Position numbers and translations under genes: made by a program
Shown: one piece after another, positions 1-7,477 of the stretch
Numbering within the stretch: the first letter of the stretch is position 1
Layout: each line of letters begins with the position of its first letter
Source: Halomicronema sp.
Lineage (GTDB): Bacteria; Cyanobacteriota; Cyanobacteriia; Cyanobacteriales; Oscillatoriaceae
Assembly: GCA_036704045.1 (NCBI GenBank)
Contig: DATNQM010000009.1
Coordinates: forward strand, 43,563-75,562
DNA: 32,000 bases
Reading direction: 5' to 3'
The notes under the pieces: generated by a model
What the model saw: only the letters and a program-made list of their open reading frames with translations
What the model was told of the DNA's origin: nothing
Database searches by the model: none

Positions 1-1034
1 TTGGTTGTGAATATGTGGCAATTTTTAGGGATATTTCTGAACGCAAACAGGCTGAAATCGATTTACGTTCCGCTCTTGACCGGCAGGAAGAATTAACAGA
101 AACTGCTCTGGCTCAAGCTGAACAACTTGCCAATATGCTGACAGAATTACAACAAACTCAAACCCAGCTTATCCAAACGGAAAAAATGTCTTCTTTAGGA
201 CAATTGGTTGCTGGGGTAGCCCACGAAATTAACAATCCTGTTAATTTTATTTATGGCAATTTGGATTATGTCAGCAATTATAGCCACGATTTGCTGCATT
301 TAATTAGGTTGTATCAAAAATATTATACTAATCCTAATGCAGAAATTAATAGCTGTTTAGAAGATATAGATTTGGAGTTCATGATAGAAGATTTACCAAA
401 GATTATTTCTTCTATGAAAATAGGGGCAGAACGAATTTGTCAAATTGTTAGAACTTTACGAAATTTTTCGCGGGTTGATGAATCGGCAATGAAGTTAGTT
501 GATTTGCACGAAGGCATTGATAGTACCCTGATAATTTTACAAAGTCGTATTAAGGCTAAGGCGGATTTTCCGGGAATTCAAGTAATAAAAGAATACGGAA
601 ATTTACCGGAAGTGGAATGTTATGCTAGCCAGCTTAATCAAGTTTTTATGAATGTTCTTAATAATGCTATTGATGCGTTAAAAGAAAAAAGTGATTTTTA
701 TCGAACTGGCTATATTCCTGATAATTCTGATAATAATTTCACTCTAACTCCGGCTCTAATGCCTACAATTTGGATTCAGACAGAGTTAATAAATGAAAAT
801 TGGGTACAAATAAGTATCAAAGATAATGGCACCGGCATTAGTGATGGTGCTAAAGCTAGATTGTTTGACCCATTTTTTACCACGAAACCTGTGGGTCACG
901 GAACGGGATTAGGCTTATCTATTAGCTATCAAATTGTGGCACAAAAGCATGGTGGTGTATTGAGATGTATTTCTCAACTTGGAGAAGGTTCAGAGTTTCA
1001 AATTGAAATTCCTATTAGCCAAAAAGGGATTTAA
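1..1034 (+). CDS. Sensor histidine kinase, C-terminal part (5' end lies upstream of the window)
   Basis: The frame is open from base 3. GCEYVAIFRDISERKQAE reads as the end of a PAS-type domain plus a coiled linker. H-box is GVAHEINNPVNF. HATPase_c boxes are NVLNNAIDAL, KDNGTGI and GHGTGLGLSI. The track start at 15 is only the first in-frame GTG. Confidence 0.9.
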   Translation, partial: GCEYVAIFRDISERKQAEIDLRSALDRQEELTETALAQAEQLANMLTELQQTQTQLIQTEKMSSLGQLVAGVAHEINNPVNFIYGNLDYVSNYSHDLLHLIRLYQKYYTNPNAEINSCLEDIDLEFMIEDLPKIISSMKIGAERICQIVRTLRNFSRVDESAMKLVDLHEGIDSTLIILQSRIKAKADFPGIQVIKEYGNLPEVECYASQLNQVFMNVLNNAIDALKEKSDFYRTGYIPDNSDNNFTLTPALMPTIWIQTELINENWVQISIKDNGTGISDGAKARLFDPFFTTKPVGHGTGLGLSISYQIVAQKHGGVLRCISQLGEGSEFQIEIPISQKGI

Positions 1035-1202
1035 GGCTGTCTAAGCAGTTATGAAAGTATTGCTAAGCTGGGACGGACGAATTTATATTGGCTTATAGTG
1101 TGGGTGACAAAATCAGGTAAAATAGATTAAATAGTTTGAAAAAAATCGCGTCTTAGACAATTTCAAATTCAATAAAATCTAAAGTCTAAAATCTAAAATC
1201 TT

Positions 1203-2231
1203 ATGGTGGCTTTATTAGGTCTTTCTGAAGTGGAATTAAAAGAATGGGTGCAAGAACAGGGACAGCCTGCCTATCGAGGGCAGCAATTGCACCAGTGGAT
1301 ATATCAAAAAGGAGCTCGCTCTTTAGGAGAGATTACGGTATTTCCTAAGCAATGGCGGGAAAGTATGGGGGAGGTTGCTGTTGGCCGGTCGAGTATTTAT
1401 TATCGTTCCCAAGCAGGGGATGAAACGGTAAAGTTTTTGTTAAAGTTGGCGGATGGTCAGATTATTGAAGCGGTGGGAATTCCGACAGAAAAACGCTTGA
1501 CGGTGTGTGTTTCTTCGCAGGTTGGTTGTCCTATGGGTTGTGATTTTTGTGCTACGGGCAAGGGGGGTTTTCAAAGGAATTTGGCTGCCCATGAAATTGT
1601 GGATCAAGTGTTAACGGTACAGGAAAATTTTGGCCGGCGAGTAAGTAATGTTGTGTTTATGGGGATGGGAGAACCGCTGCTTAATACTGAGAATTTGTTG
1701 GGTTCGTTACGTTCTTTGAATGAAGATGTGGGAATTGGACAGCGAAATATTACAGTTTCGACGGTGGGAATTCGGAACCGTATTCGGGAGTTGGCAGAAC
1801 ATAAGTTACAAGTTACTTTGGCTGTGAGTTTGCACGCATCTAATCAAGTTTTGCGGGAAAAATTAATTCCTAGTGCGCTGCGTTATCCTTTGGATGAGTT
1901 GATGAAGGAATGCCGGGAATATGTGAAGATTACGGGGCGAAGATTAACTTTTGAATATATTTTGTTGGCGGGGGTTAATGATTTGCCTGAACACGCAGAA
2001 GAACTTGCTGAACTTATGCGGGGTTTTCAATGTCATGTGAATTTGATTCCTTATAATCCAATTAATGAGGTTGATTATCAGCGCCCATCTAAGGACCGTA
2101 TTTATCAGTTTGTAAAAATTTTGGAAGAGTATAATGTGGCGGTGAGTGTGCGCTATTCTCGCGGTTTAGATGCTGATGCGGCGTGCGGACAATTACGGGC
2201 TACAAAATCAAAATCTGAATCAAAACCTTAA
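1203..2231 (+). CDS. rlmN: 23S rRNA/tRNA adenine-C2 methyltransferase RlmN (radical SAM)
   Basis: 342 aa with the radical-SAM cluster motif [11 protein letters not shown], an N-terminal [15 protein letters not shown] segment and the C-terminal catalytic Cys context DAACGQL, all typical of RlmN. Confidence 0.93.
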   Translation: MVALLGLSEVELKEWVQEQGQPAYRGQQLHQWIYQKGARSLGEITVFPKQWRESMGEVAVGRSSIYYRSQAGDETVKFLLKLADGQIIEAVGIPTEKRLTVCVSSQVGCPMGCDFCATGKGGFQRNLAAHEIVDQVLTVQENFGRRVSNVVFMGMGEPLLNTENLLGSLRSLNEDVGIGQRNITVSTVGIRNRIRELAEHKLQVTLAVSLHASNQVLREKLIPSALRYPLDELMKECREYVKITGRRLTFEYILLAGVNDLPEHAEELAELMRGFQCHVNLIPYNPINEVDYQRPSKDRIYQFVKILEEYNVAVSVRYSRGLDADAACGQLRATKSKSESKP

Positions 2232-2307
2232 TTAAATTTTAGGCCGGTTTGAGGGCTATTTTTTGCTGGCTTTGGCTGGGTTTAAGTACATTTTAATGGT
2301 TTTTAAG

Positions 2308-2344
2308 AACCCGGTTCTTTTTTTGATAAGAGACCGGGTTTTTG
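2308..2344 (+). terminator. Intrinsic terminator downstream of rlmN
   Basis: aacccggttct / agaccgggtt stem with one bulge and a 12-nt loop, followed by a T-run (tttttgag). Confidence 0.55.
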
Positions 2345-2417
2345 AGATAAAAAAGTAATCTGAAAAATTCTAGAGATATGATGTTTGGGCGAGGAGAATA
2401 TAATTCACCATTTGTTT

Positions 2418-2494
2418 TATAGCGGTTTTCAATCATACCCCCCAGGGGGGTTCAAGGGGGGGCAAGGGGGGTCAGCAGATAGAAAAATGCTATA
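2418..2494. repeat. Small palindromic dispersed element (MITE-like), copy A
   Basis: Ends tatagcggttttcaatcat ... cagatagaaaaatgctata are the reverse complement of the ends of the element at 10401-10502. The core is C6/G6-G7 runs (ccccccaggggggttcaagggggggcaagggggg). Confidence 0.65.
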
Positions 2495-2510
2495 AAGGGA
2501 ATGAGTGTTA

Positions 2511-2684
2511 TTAACGAGCGTTGATGCCGGGTGCATAGGCTTCGATGACTTTGCCGGTGCGGGAACAAGTAATCATTAAATAATCACAGCTAGGGCATTG
2601 AGTGCGGGTTAAATGATGTATATTAATATACTCTCGCTCTCCATGAGCGCCGCAGTTGGGGCAACGAATTTTTTCTGGGTTCAT
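2511..2684 (-). CDS. Small zinc-ribbon-like protein, 57 aa (below the ORF-track length cutoff)
   Basis: My manual translation is MNPEKIRCPNCGAHGEREYINIHHLTRTQCPSCDYLMITCSRTGKVIEAYAPGINAR*. It has two CxxC pairs (CPNC, CPSC), an ATG start and a TAA stop, and fills the gap after the convergent rlmN terminator. Confidence 0.5.
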   Translation of the reverse strand: MNPEKIRCPNCGAHGEREYINIHHLTRTQCPSCDYLMITCSRTGKVIEAYAPGINAR

Positions 2685-3170
2685 TTTAAACTCTCTATGT
2701 TTTGGTAGGGAAACTCAAAAAAGAAAAATGTAGCCAAATTTACAAGTATTTGCACCCTGGAATTGAAGGGCTTAGCTTTAAAGTGATTTTCACAGGACTT
2801 TGCAAGAGCAAAGCATTGCTTTAACTTTTTTTAATTATGTCAATATTTTTAATGACTGTCAAATAGACAAGCTGGGGATCATGGTTTTAAGGGTGATCTC
2901 GGTTGCAAAACTGCTTGATGAGATTTTTTATCAGTACAGAGTTTTCGGAAAATACAAAGAAAGAAAAGATTAAATTTTAAATTAATCTTGGGATTCTCAA
3001 ACAGTTGGGAGGTATGGAAAGTATGGGGATTTATTTTTTCAGTAATTTAGCTTTTATTTATAAAAATGTAGGCAAAGTTTTGGCCAAAGCTGAGGTTTTA
3101 AAAATTTGCAAGCTGTTTACTAAAAATATAGTTAAGACTAAATCTATAAAAAACTGCTAAACCCTAAATG

Positions 3171-3233
3171 CCCCACCCCCTTAAATTCCCCCTTTATATG
3201 GGGGTGGGGGGTTTAGGGGGTGGTGAGGCTTCC
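3171..3233. repeat. C-run/G-run nested palindrome, related to the dispersed element family
   Basis: ccccaccccc ttaaatt ccccc tttatat ggggg tgggggg ttta gggggtgg. Inner ccccc/ggggg and outer ccccaccccc/gggggtgggg arms can pair. The flanks resemble copies A/B only weakly. Confidence 0.5.
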
Positions 3234-3656
3234 TTGAACTGTAGTAATAATTATGGAAATTGGTATAAAACTAAATGGGCTAAGGGAGATGGATGAGTTT
3301 TAAGAGCAACTTTGGCTATAAAAACTAATTTATCAGCGTCTATCTACTTCGATGTTCATTTGGGGTTAAAAAAATAACTGGTTCAAGGGTGCGAAGGACG
3401 GGGTGTAAATGGAATTTAGTATAAGAGGTTAATGGACGGCTAGGGGGTAATATAGGTTGTCAGGGATATAGTTTTAAGTCTAGATAAATATAAAAACTGG
3501 TTAGAGCCGGTGTCACACCTTTGTTACACAAATGACATACTACTGACATTTATGTGGTTTATGTCTCTATGGGTATGATAAACAATTGTTTATTTTTGGC
3601 AGTAAAAGTTTATACTTCTTTGAGTTCCTCTTCGACAATTTTTAGGAGATTTCGGC

Positions 3657-4631
3657 ATGGATCTAAGCCTGCTACTGACTAATATTTTAAATCCACCTGT
3701 TTTGTTTTTCTTTTTGGGTATGATGGCAGTTTTTGTAAAATCTGACCTAGAAATACCTCAACCTTTGCCGAAACTATTTTCGCTTTATTTGTTGCTGTCG
3801 ATTGGTTTTAAGGGAGGATATGAGTTAGATAAAAGCGGACTGAATAGTGAAATAATTTTGACATTGCTGATAGCAATATTCATGGCTTCTGCTGTGCCGG
3901 TCTACAGTTTTTTTATTTTGAAACAAAAACTAGATACCTATAATGCTGCTGCCATTGGTGCCACCTATGGTTCTATTAGTGCTGTAACATTTATTACCGC
4001 TACTTCTTATTTACAAAAGCTGAGTATTCCCTTTGGGGGCCACATGGTTGCTGCTTTAGCTTTAATGGAATCGCCGGCGATTATTGTGGGAATTGTTTTG
4101 GTTAGAATATTTGCCCAAAAATCTAAAGATAATAATGATTTTTCTTGGCAAGAAGTGATGAGGGAAGCTTTTTTAAATGGCTCGGTTTTTTTGTTAGTTG
4201 GGAGTCTTTTGATTGGTATTCTCACCGGCAGTAAAGGATGGGAATTAATGAAACCTTTCACCCAAGACATTTTTTATGGGTTTCTGACGTTCTTTTTATT
4301 AGATATGGGGTTAGTGGCAGCACGAAGAATAAAAGAATTGAAAAAAACCGGGTCATTTTTAATTGGGTTTTCAATTTTTATGCCCATTTTTAATGCCATA
4401 ATTGGGATTTTTCTGGCTAAACTGATTGGTATTTCCATTGGTAATGCACTTTTGTTTGCGGTATTGTGTGCTTCGGCGTCTTATATTGCGGTGCCGGCGG
4501 CGATGCGAATGACGGTGCCAGAAGCTAATCCAAGTTTGTATGTTTCAATGGCTTTAGCATTGACATTTCCCTTCAATATTATTGTGGGAATTCCGTTGTA
4601 TTTACAAGTAATTAAACTTATGTGGAGCTAA
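3657..4631 (+). CDS. Sodium-dependent bicarbonate transporter family permease (SbtA / Sbt_1 / DUF897 type)
   Basis: 324 aa and highly hydrophobic, with many TM stretches in two halves split by a short polar loop (AQKSKDNNDFSWQEVMRE). The N-terminus (PPVLFFFLGMMAVFVKSDLEIP...FKGGYEL) recalls SbtA-family proteins. A PII-like gene follows directly, as in sbtAB. Confidence 0.75.
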   Translation: MDLSLLLTNILNPPVLFFFLGMMAVFVKSDLEIPQPLPKLFSLYLLLSIGFKGGYELDKSGLNSEIILTLLIAIFMASAVPVYSFFILKQKLDTYNAAAIGATYGSISAVTFITATSYLQKLSIPFGGHMVAALALMESPAIIVGIVLVRIFAQKSKDNNDFSWQEVMREAFLNGSVFLLVGSLLIGILTGSKGWELMKPFTQDIFYGFLTFFLLDMGLVAARRIKELKKTGSFLIGFSIFMPIFNAIIGIFLAKLIGISIGNALLFAVLCASASYIAVPAAMRMTVPEANPSLYVSMALALTFPFNIIVGIPLYLQVIKLMWS

Positions 4632-4635
4632 AATT

Positions 4636-4929
4636 GTGGAACGAGTTAAAAGAGTAGAAATTATCACGACTTCTTTAGAACTGGACAAGGTTTTGGATAG
4701 TTTAGACAGCTTGAATATTTCGGGCTATTCTGTAATTCGTAATGTCATTGGCAAAGGAAGTAGAGGTATAGCAGATGATGACATTGAGATGAGTGTTTTG
4801 AGTAATGTTTATGTGCTGACAACTTGCCCACCAGAGGATGTACAAACGCTTGTAGATCGAATTAGACCTATTCTTAAAAAGTTTGGGGGTGTTTGTTTGG
4901 TTTCTGATGCTGAATGGATAATTCATTAA
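4636..4929 (+). CDS. PII-like signalling protein, SbtB type
   Basis: 97 aa with a GTG start 4 nt after the permease stop and GGAG about 9 nt upstream. It shows a PII-like beta-alpha-beta pattern (KRVEIIT..LDKVLDSL..GYSVIRNV) and a T-loop-like GKGSRGIADDD, comparable to the GGKGSRN segment I recall in Synechocystis SbtB. Confidence 0.7.
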   Translation: MERVKRVEIITTSLELDKVLDSLDSLNISGYSVIRNVIGKGSRGIADDDIEMSVLSNVYVLTTCPPEDVQTLVDRIRPILKKFGGVCLVSDAEWIIH

Positions 4930-4945
4930 TTGTTTGGTGGTTTTT

Positions 4946-4980
4946 AAAGCCCGGTTTGTTAAATAAACCGGGCTTTTTTG
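4946..4980. terminator. Bidirectional intrinsic terminator between the convergent sbtB-like and GT2-TPR genes
   Basis: aaagcccggttt gttaaat aaaccgggcttttttg: a perfect 12-bp stem flanked by an A-run and a T-run. Confidence 0.8.
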
Positions 4981-4981
4981 T

Positions 4982-6193
4982 TTAAATTTTTAAGCCCATT
5001 TCCTTTAAGCTTTGACGTAACTTAGCGGCTGCCGGTGAGTGTTGTTGTTCATATTGGTTAATGGCTTCTCGAAAGGTATCTAAACTTTCAAAAACATTGC
5101 CGGCTTTGAGTAAAGCGACACCTAAATTTTGATGAGCTTCGGCAAAATTAGGCTTGAGAGTAATTGCTTGCCGGTAACAGTTGATAGCTTCTTGTAACCG
5201 GCCTTTATCTTTGTAAGCAATGCCTAAATTAAAATGAGCAGTTGCTAAAGTTGGGTCAAGTTCTAAAACTGTTGTATAAGCAATTATTGCGCCAGTGAGG
5301 TCGCCGGTTTCTAGTAATAAATTGCCATAATTATTATAAGCTCCGAGTTTAATATAGGGTAAAATTGGCATTTCCATTGCGGCTAAATAATGGGATTTTG
5401 CCTTAGAAGTTTGACCTATGCGACTGTAGGCAATGCCTAAATGATAATGTAATTCATAAAGCACCGGCACTTCAATTGGTTTGCGGGCCCGCCACGAAGG
5501 AACCCCGCGCAAACCTATTTCTAGTAATTGAATTCCTCGCTCAATTTTGCCACTTCTAACATATAAAGCACCCAATTTGCTACAAGTGTAAGGATCATTA
5601 GGATAGTCTGATAAATAAGCTTCCATTGCAGAAGCAGCGCGTTTAAATTTATTTTGAGAGTTAATGGCTTGTTCGGTATAACCTTCGTGGGAGATAGCAA
5701 CTTCTGCGAGTTCCAAAATTTGCCAGTTTGGCTCTTTTTCTAATAACTGAACTATACTATCATCAACCATTGCATGATAGGGATGAGTAAAATAAACTTC
5801 GGGATGATGGCGAAACAGACGCGATACCATTGAGTAAGGAGACTGAGCCGCACCTATTTCGTGACGAATTAAATTAATTAAAATACAGTCTTCTTTTTGG
5901 ATAGCTTGGGTGATCATTGGTGCAATTTCTGGTTTCAGTTTTTCATCAGCATCAAGTACCAAAACCCAGTCGCCGGTGACTACACTCAAGGCTTGATTTC
6001 GAGCAATGGCAAAATCATTACACCATTCAAAAAAATAGACATTTGCGCCGAATTCTTGAGCTATTTCTACGGTGCGATCTGTCGAGCCTGTGTCTAATAC
6101 TACCATTTCGTCTACGACATCTTTAACACTATTTAGACATTCTGCTAGTGTGGCTTCTTCATTTTTGACAATCATACAAAGGCTTAGTTTCAT
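4982..6193 (-). CDS. Family 2 glycosyltransferase with C-terminal TPR repeats
   Basis: The N-terminus has GT2 motifs (LSLCMIVKNEE, VLDTGSTDRT, VLVLDADE). The C-terminal half has repeated TPR consensus (A..NLG.A....G....A...Y..A..L.P.). Confidence 0.85.
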   Translation of the reverse strand: MKLSLCMIVKNEEATLAECLNSVKDVVDEMVVLDTGSTDRTVEIAQEFGANVYFFEWCNDFAIARNQALSVVTGDWVLVLDADEKLKPEIAPMITQAIQKEDCILINLIRHEIGAAQSPYSMVSRLFRHHPEVYFTHPYHAMVDDSIVQLLEKEPNWQILELAEVAISHEGYTEQAINSQNKFKRAASAMEAYLSDYPNDPYTCSKLGALYVRSGKIERGIQLLEIGLRGVPSWRARKPIEVPVLYELHYHLGIAYSRIGQTSKAKSHYLAAMEMPILPYIKLGAYNNYGNLLLETGDLTGAIIAYTTVLELDPTLATAHFNLGIAYKDKGRLQEAINCYRQAITLKPNFAEAHQNLGVALLKAGNVFESLDTFREAINQYEQQHSPAAAKLRQSLKEMGLKI

Positions 6194-6618
6194 TTTAAGT
6201 GACTGTTTTGGTGAGAGATAAAAGTATTTTTGTTATTGTAAAGGCAAACGGACTCTAAGATTCACTTCTGACATATCTACGACAGAAAGGGAGGTAGAAA
6301 CTTTAGAGGGTGGGGGAAGAGGGCAGCCGTGCAAACTTAGGCAGTTTTTTGTTTATTGTTAGATTTAACAATAATTTCTGTTTTAAAAGAGATATAAATA
6401 GGAGTAAAGCCAATAAATAAATCTATTAAGCGAAGCATTCATATTTGCTATCTATCTTTTGGCATAGGCTAACAACTTTTTCTTGTTGATAACTGAAAAA
6501 GCCTTATTTCTTTTGGTTTCTGACCTGTGGTAGATGTAAAGCCTATAAACTTGCTGATATTGTGTAAAAAGATAAGACAAGTAACAACAAAACAGTTTAA
6601 TTTACTGGAGGAAAAGAA

Positions 6619-6885
6619 ATGGGAATTCTAGCTTGGGTTATTTTAGGTCTGATTGCCGGTGCCCTTGCCAAAGCAATTTATCCTGGTCATCAAGGCGGCG
6701 GTTTTCTTGCTACCACTGGTTTAGGAATTTTGGGAGCAGTTGTTGGTGGATATCTTGGTAGTATGCTCTTAGGAACAAGTGGGGGCGCATCTTATGCAGC
6801 TTTGACAATTCCTAGTGTTGCTTTTGCGGTTTTAGGCGCGATTTTTATTCTGTTTATTTGGGGTTTGTTAACTCAACGTGCCTAA
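6619..6885 (+). CDS. GlsB/YeaQ/YmgE-family (transglycosylase-associated) small membrane protein
   Basis: 88 aa with a glycine-zipper TM pattern (MGILAWVILGLIAGALAK..GGG...LGILGAVVGGYLG). TGGAGG lies 8 nt upstream of the ATG. Confidence 0.85.
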   Translation: MGILAWVILGLIAGALAKAIYPGHQGGGFLATTGLGILGAVVGGYLGSMLLGTSGGASYAALTIPSVAFAVLGAIFILFIWGLLTQRA

Positions 6886-6890
6886 TTGCT

Positions 6891-6999
6891 GAAAACATAA
6901 TTGGCTGGGGGGAAAAGTTAGGCGGTAAGTATTTTTTACCGAATTAACTACCTCAACACGAAGAAAATTTTATCCCCCCAATCAGTTTTTTATGTTTTC
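6891..6999. repeat. 109-bp inverted-repeat element directly after the GlsB-type gene
   Basis: Terminal arms gaaaacataattggctgggggga / tccccccaatcagttttttatgttttc; the outer 10 bp are perfectly complementary. An inner hairpin cggtaa-gtatttt-ttaccg sits at 6923-6941. It has G6/C6 runs like the other elements. Confidence 0.6.
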
Positions 7000-7231
7000 T
7001 GAGCAGCAAAGTTGCTAAGAAGATTTTGTAATAAAGCATACTATCCTGTTTGATGGCAATGATTATTTGTCGAAGGGATAGAAAAAGCAAACAATAATAG
7101 CTAATACTTTGCTGAGAGATAAACATCAAAAAATCAAAAAAATTAAGGTGCATTAAATAAATAAAATATCACTTGTTTTTAACAGGTTTTCCTGTTAAAA
7201 AGAGGATATTTATACTAATTAAATTTAACAT

Positions 7232-7265
7232 AAGCCCGGTTTTAAAACGACCGGGTTTATTTTAT
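7232..7265 (+). terminator. Intrinsic terminator-like hairpin with no annotated gene ending nearby
   Basis: aagcccggt tttaaaacg accgggttt followed by atttta. It shares the cccggt/accggg stem core with the terminators at 2308 and 4946. Confidence 0.5.
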
Positions 7266-7477
7266 GGTTGGCGATATTGACTTTGGAAATTGGGTTATCA
7301 ATACTTTTTAAAAAACTTTTAAAAAAGCTTCAAACAGGCTGTTTTACTAAGAACCGGAGGCGGCTATTACCAAAAACATCAAAATCCAAGATAAAGTAAT
7401 AATGACGAACCCCTTGAAACTTGCTAAATTATTGCTGACTAAAGCCTTTTGGCAGGCACGCTCGAACCCTCAAACAC

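Noticed and set aside
2881-3160. Short plus-strand ORFs of 30 aa (2881-2973) and 48 aa (3014-3160, preceded by GGGAGG)
   Set aside because: They are Lys/Ile/Phe-rich with AT-rich codon content like the surrounding spacer. The SD lies only 1 nt from the first ATG, and I recognise no motifs. I kept them only as a note within the long-leader finding.
3506-3520. A 14-mer, agccggtgtcacac, shared between the sbtA-like leader (about 3506) and the serS/modBC spacer (about 17043)
   Set aside because: A 32-kb window is expected to contain a few exact 14-mer coincidences by chance, more so given the CCGG bias. The flanks do not align.
4007-4926. Track ORFs 4007-4270(-) and 4702-4926(-), antisense to the sbtA-like and PII-like genes
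   Set aside because: They lie entirely inside better-supported genes on the opposite strand, have Lys/Ile/Asn-rich odd composition, and show no motifs.
5897-6097. 66-aa plus-strand ORF inside the GT2-TPR gene
   Set aside because: It is antisense to a gene with clear GT2 motifs and is a shadow ORF.
6953-7153. 66-aa minus-strand ORF in the GlsB-kinase spacer
   Set aside because: It is low-complexity Leu/Ile/Phe/Lys sequence from AT-rich DNA, overlaps the inverted-repeat element, and has no RBS or motif.
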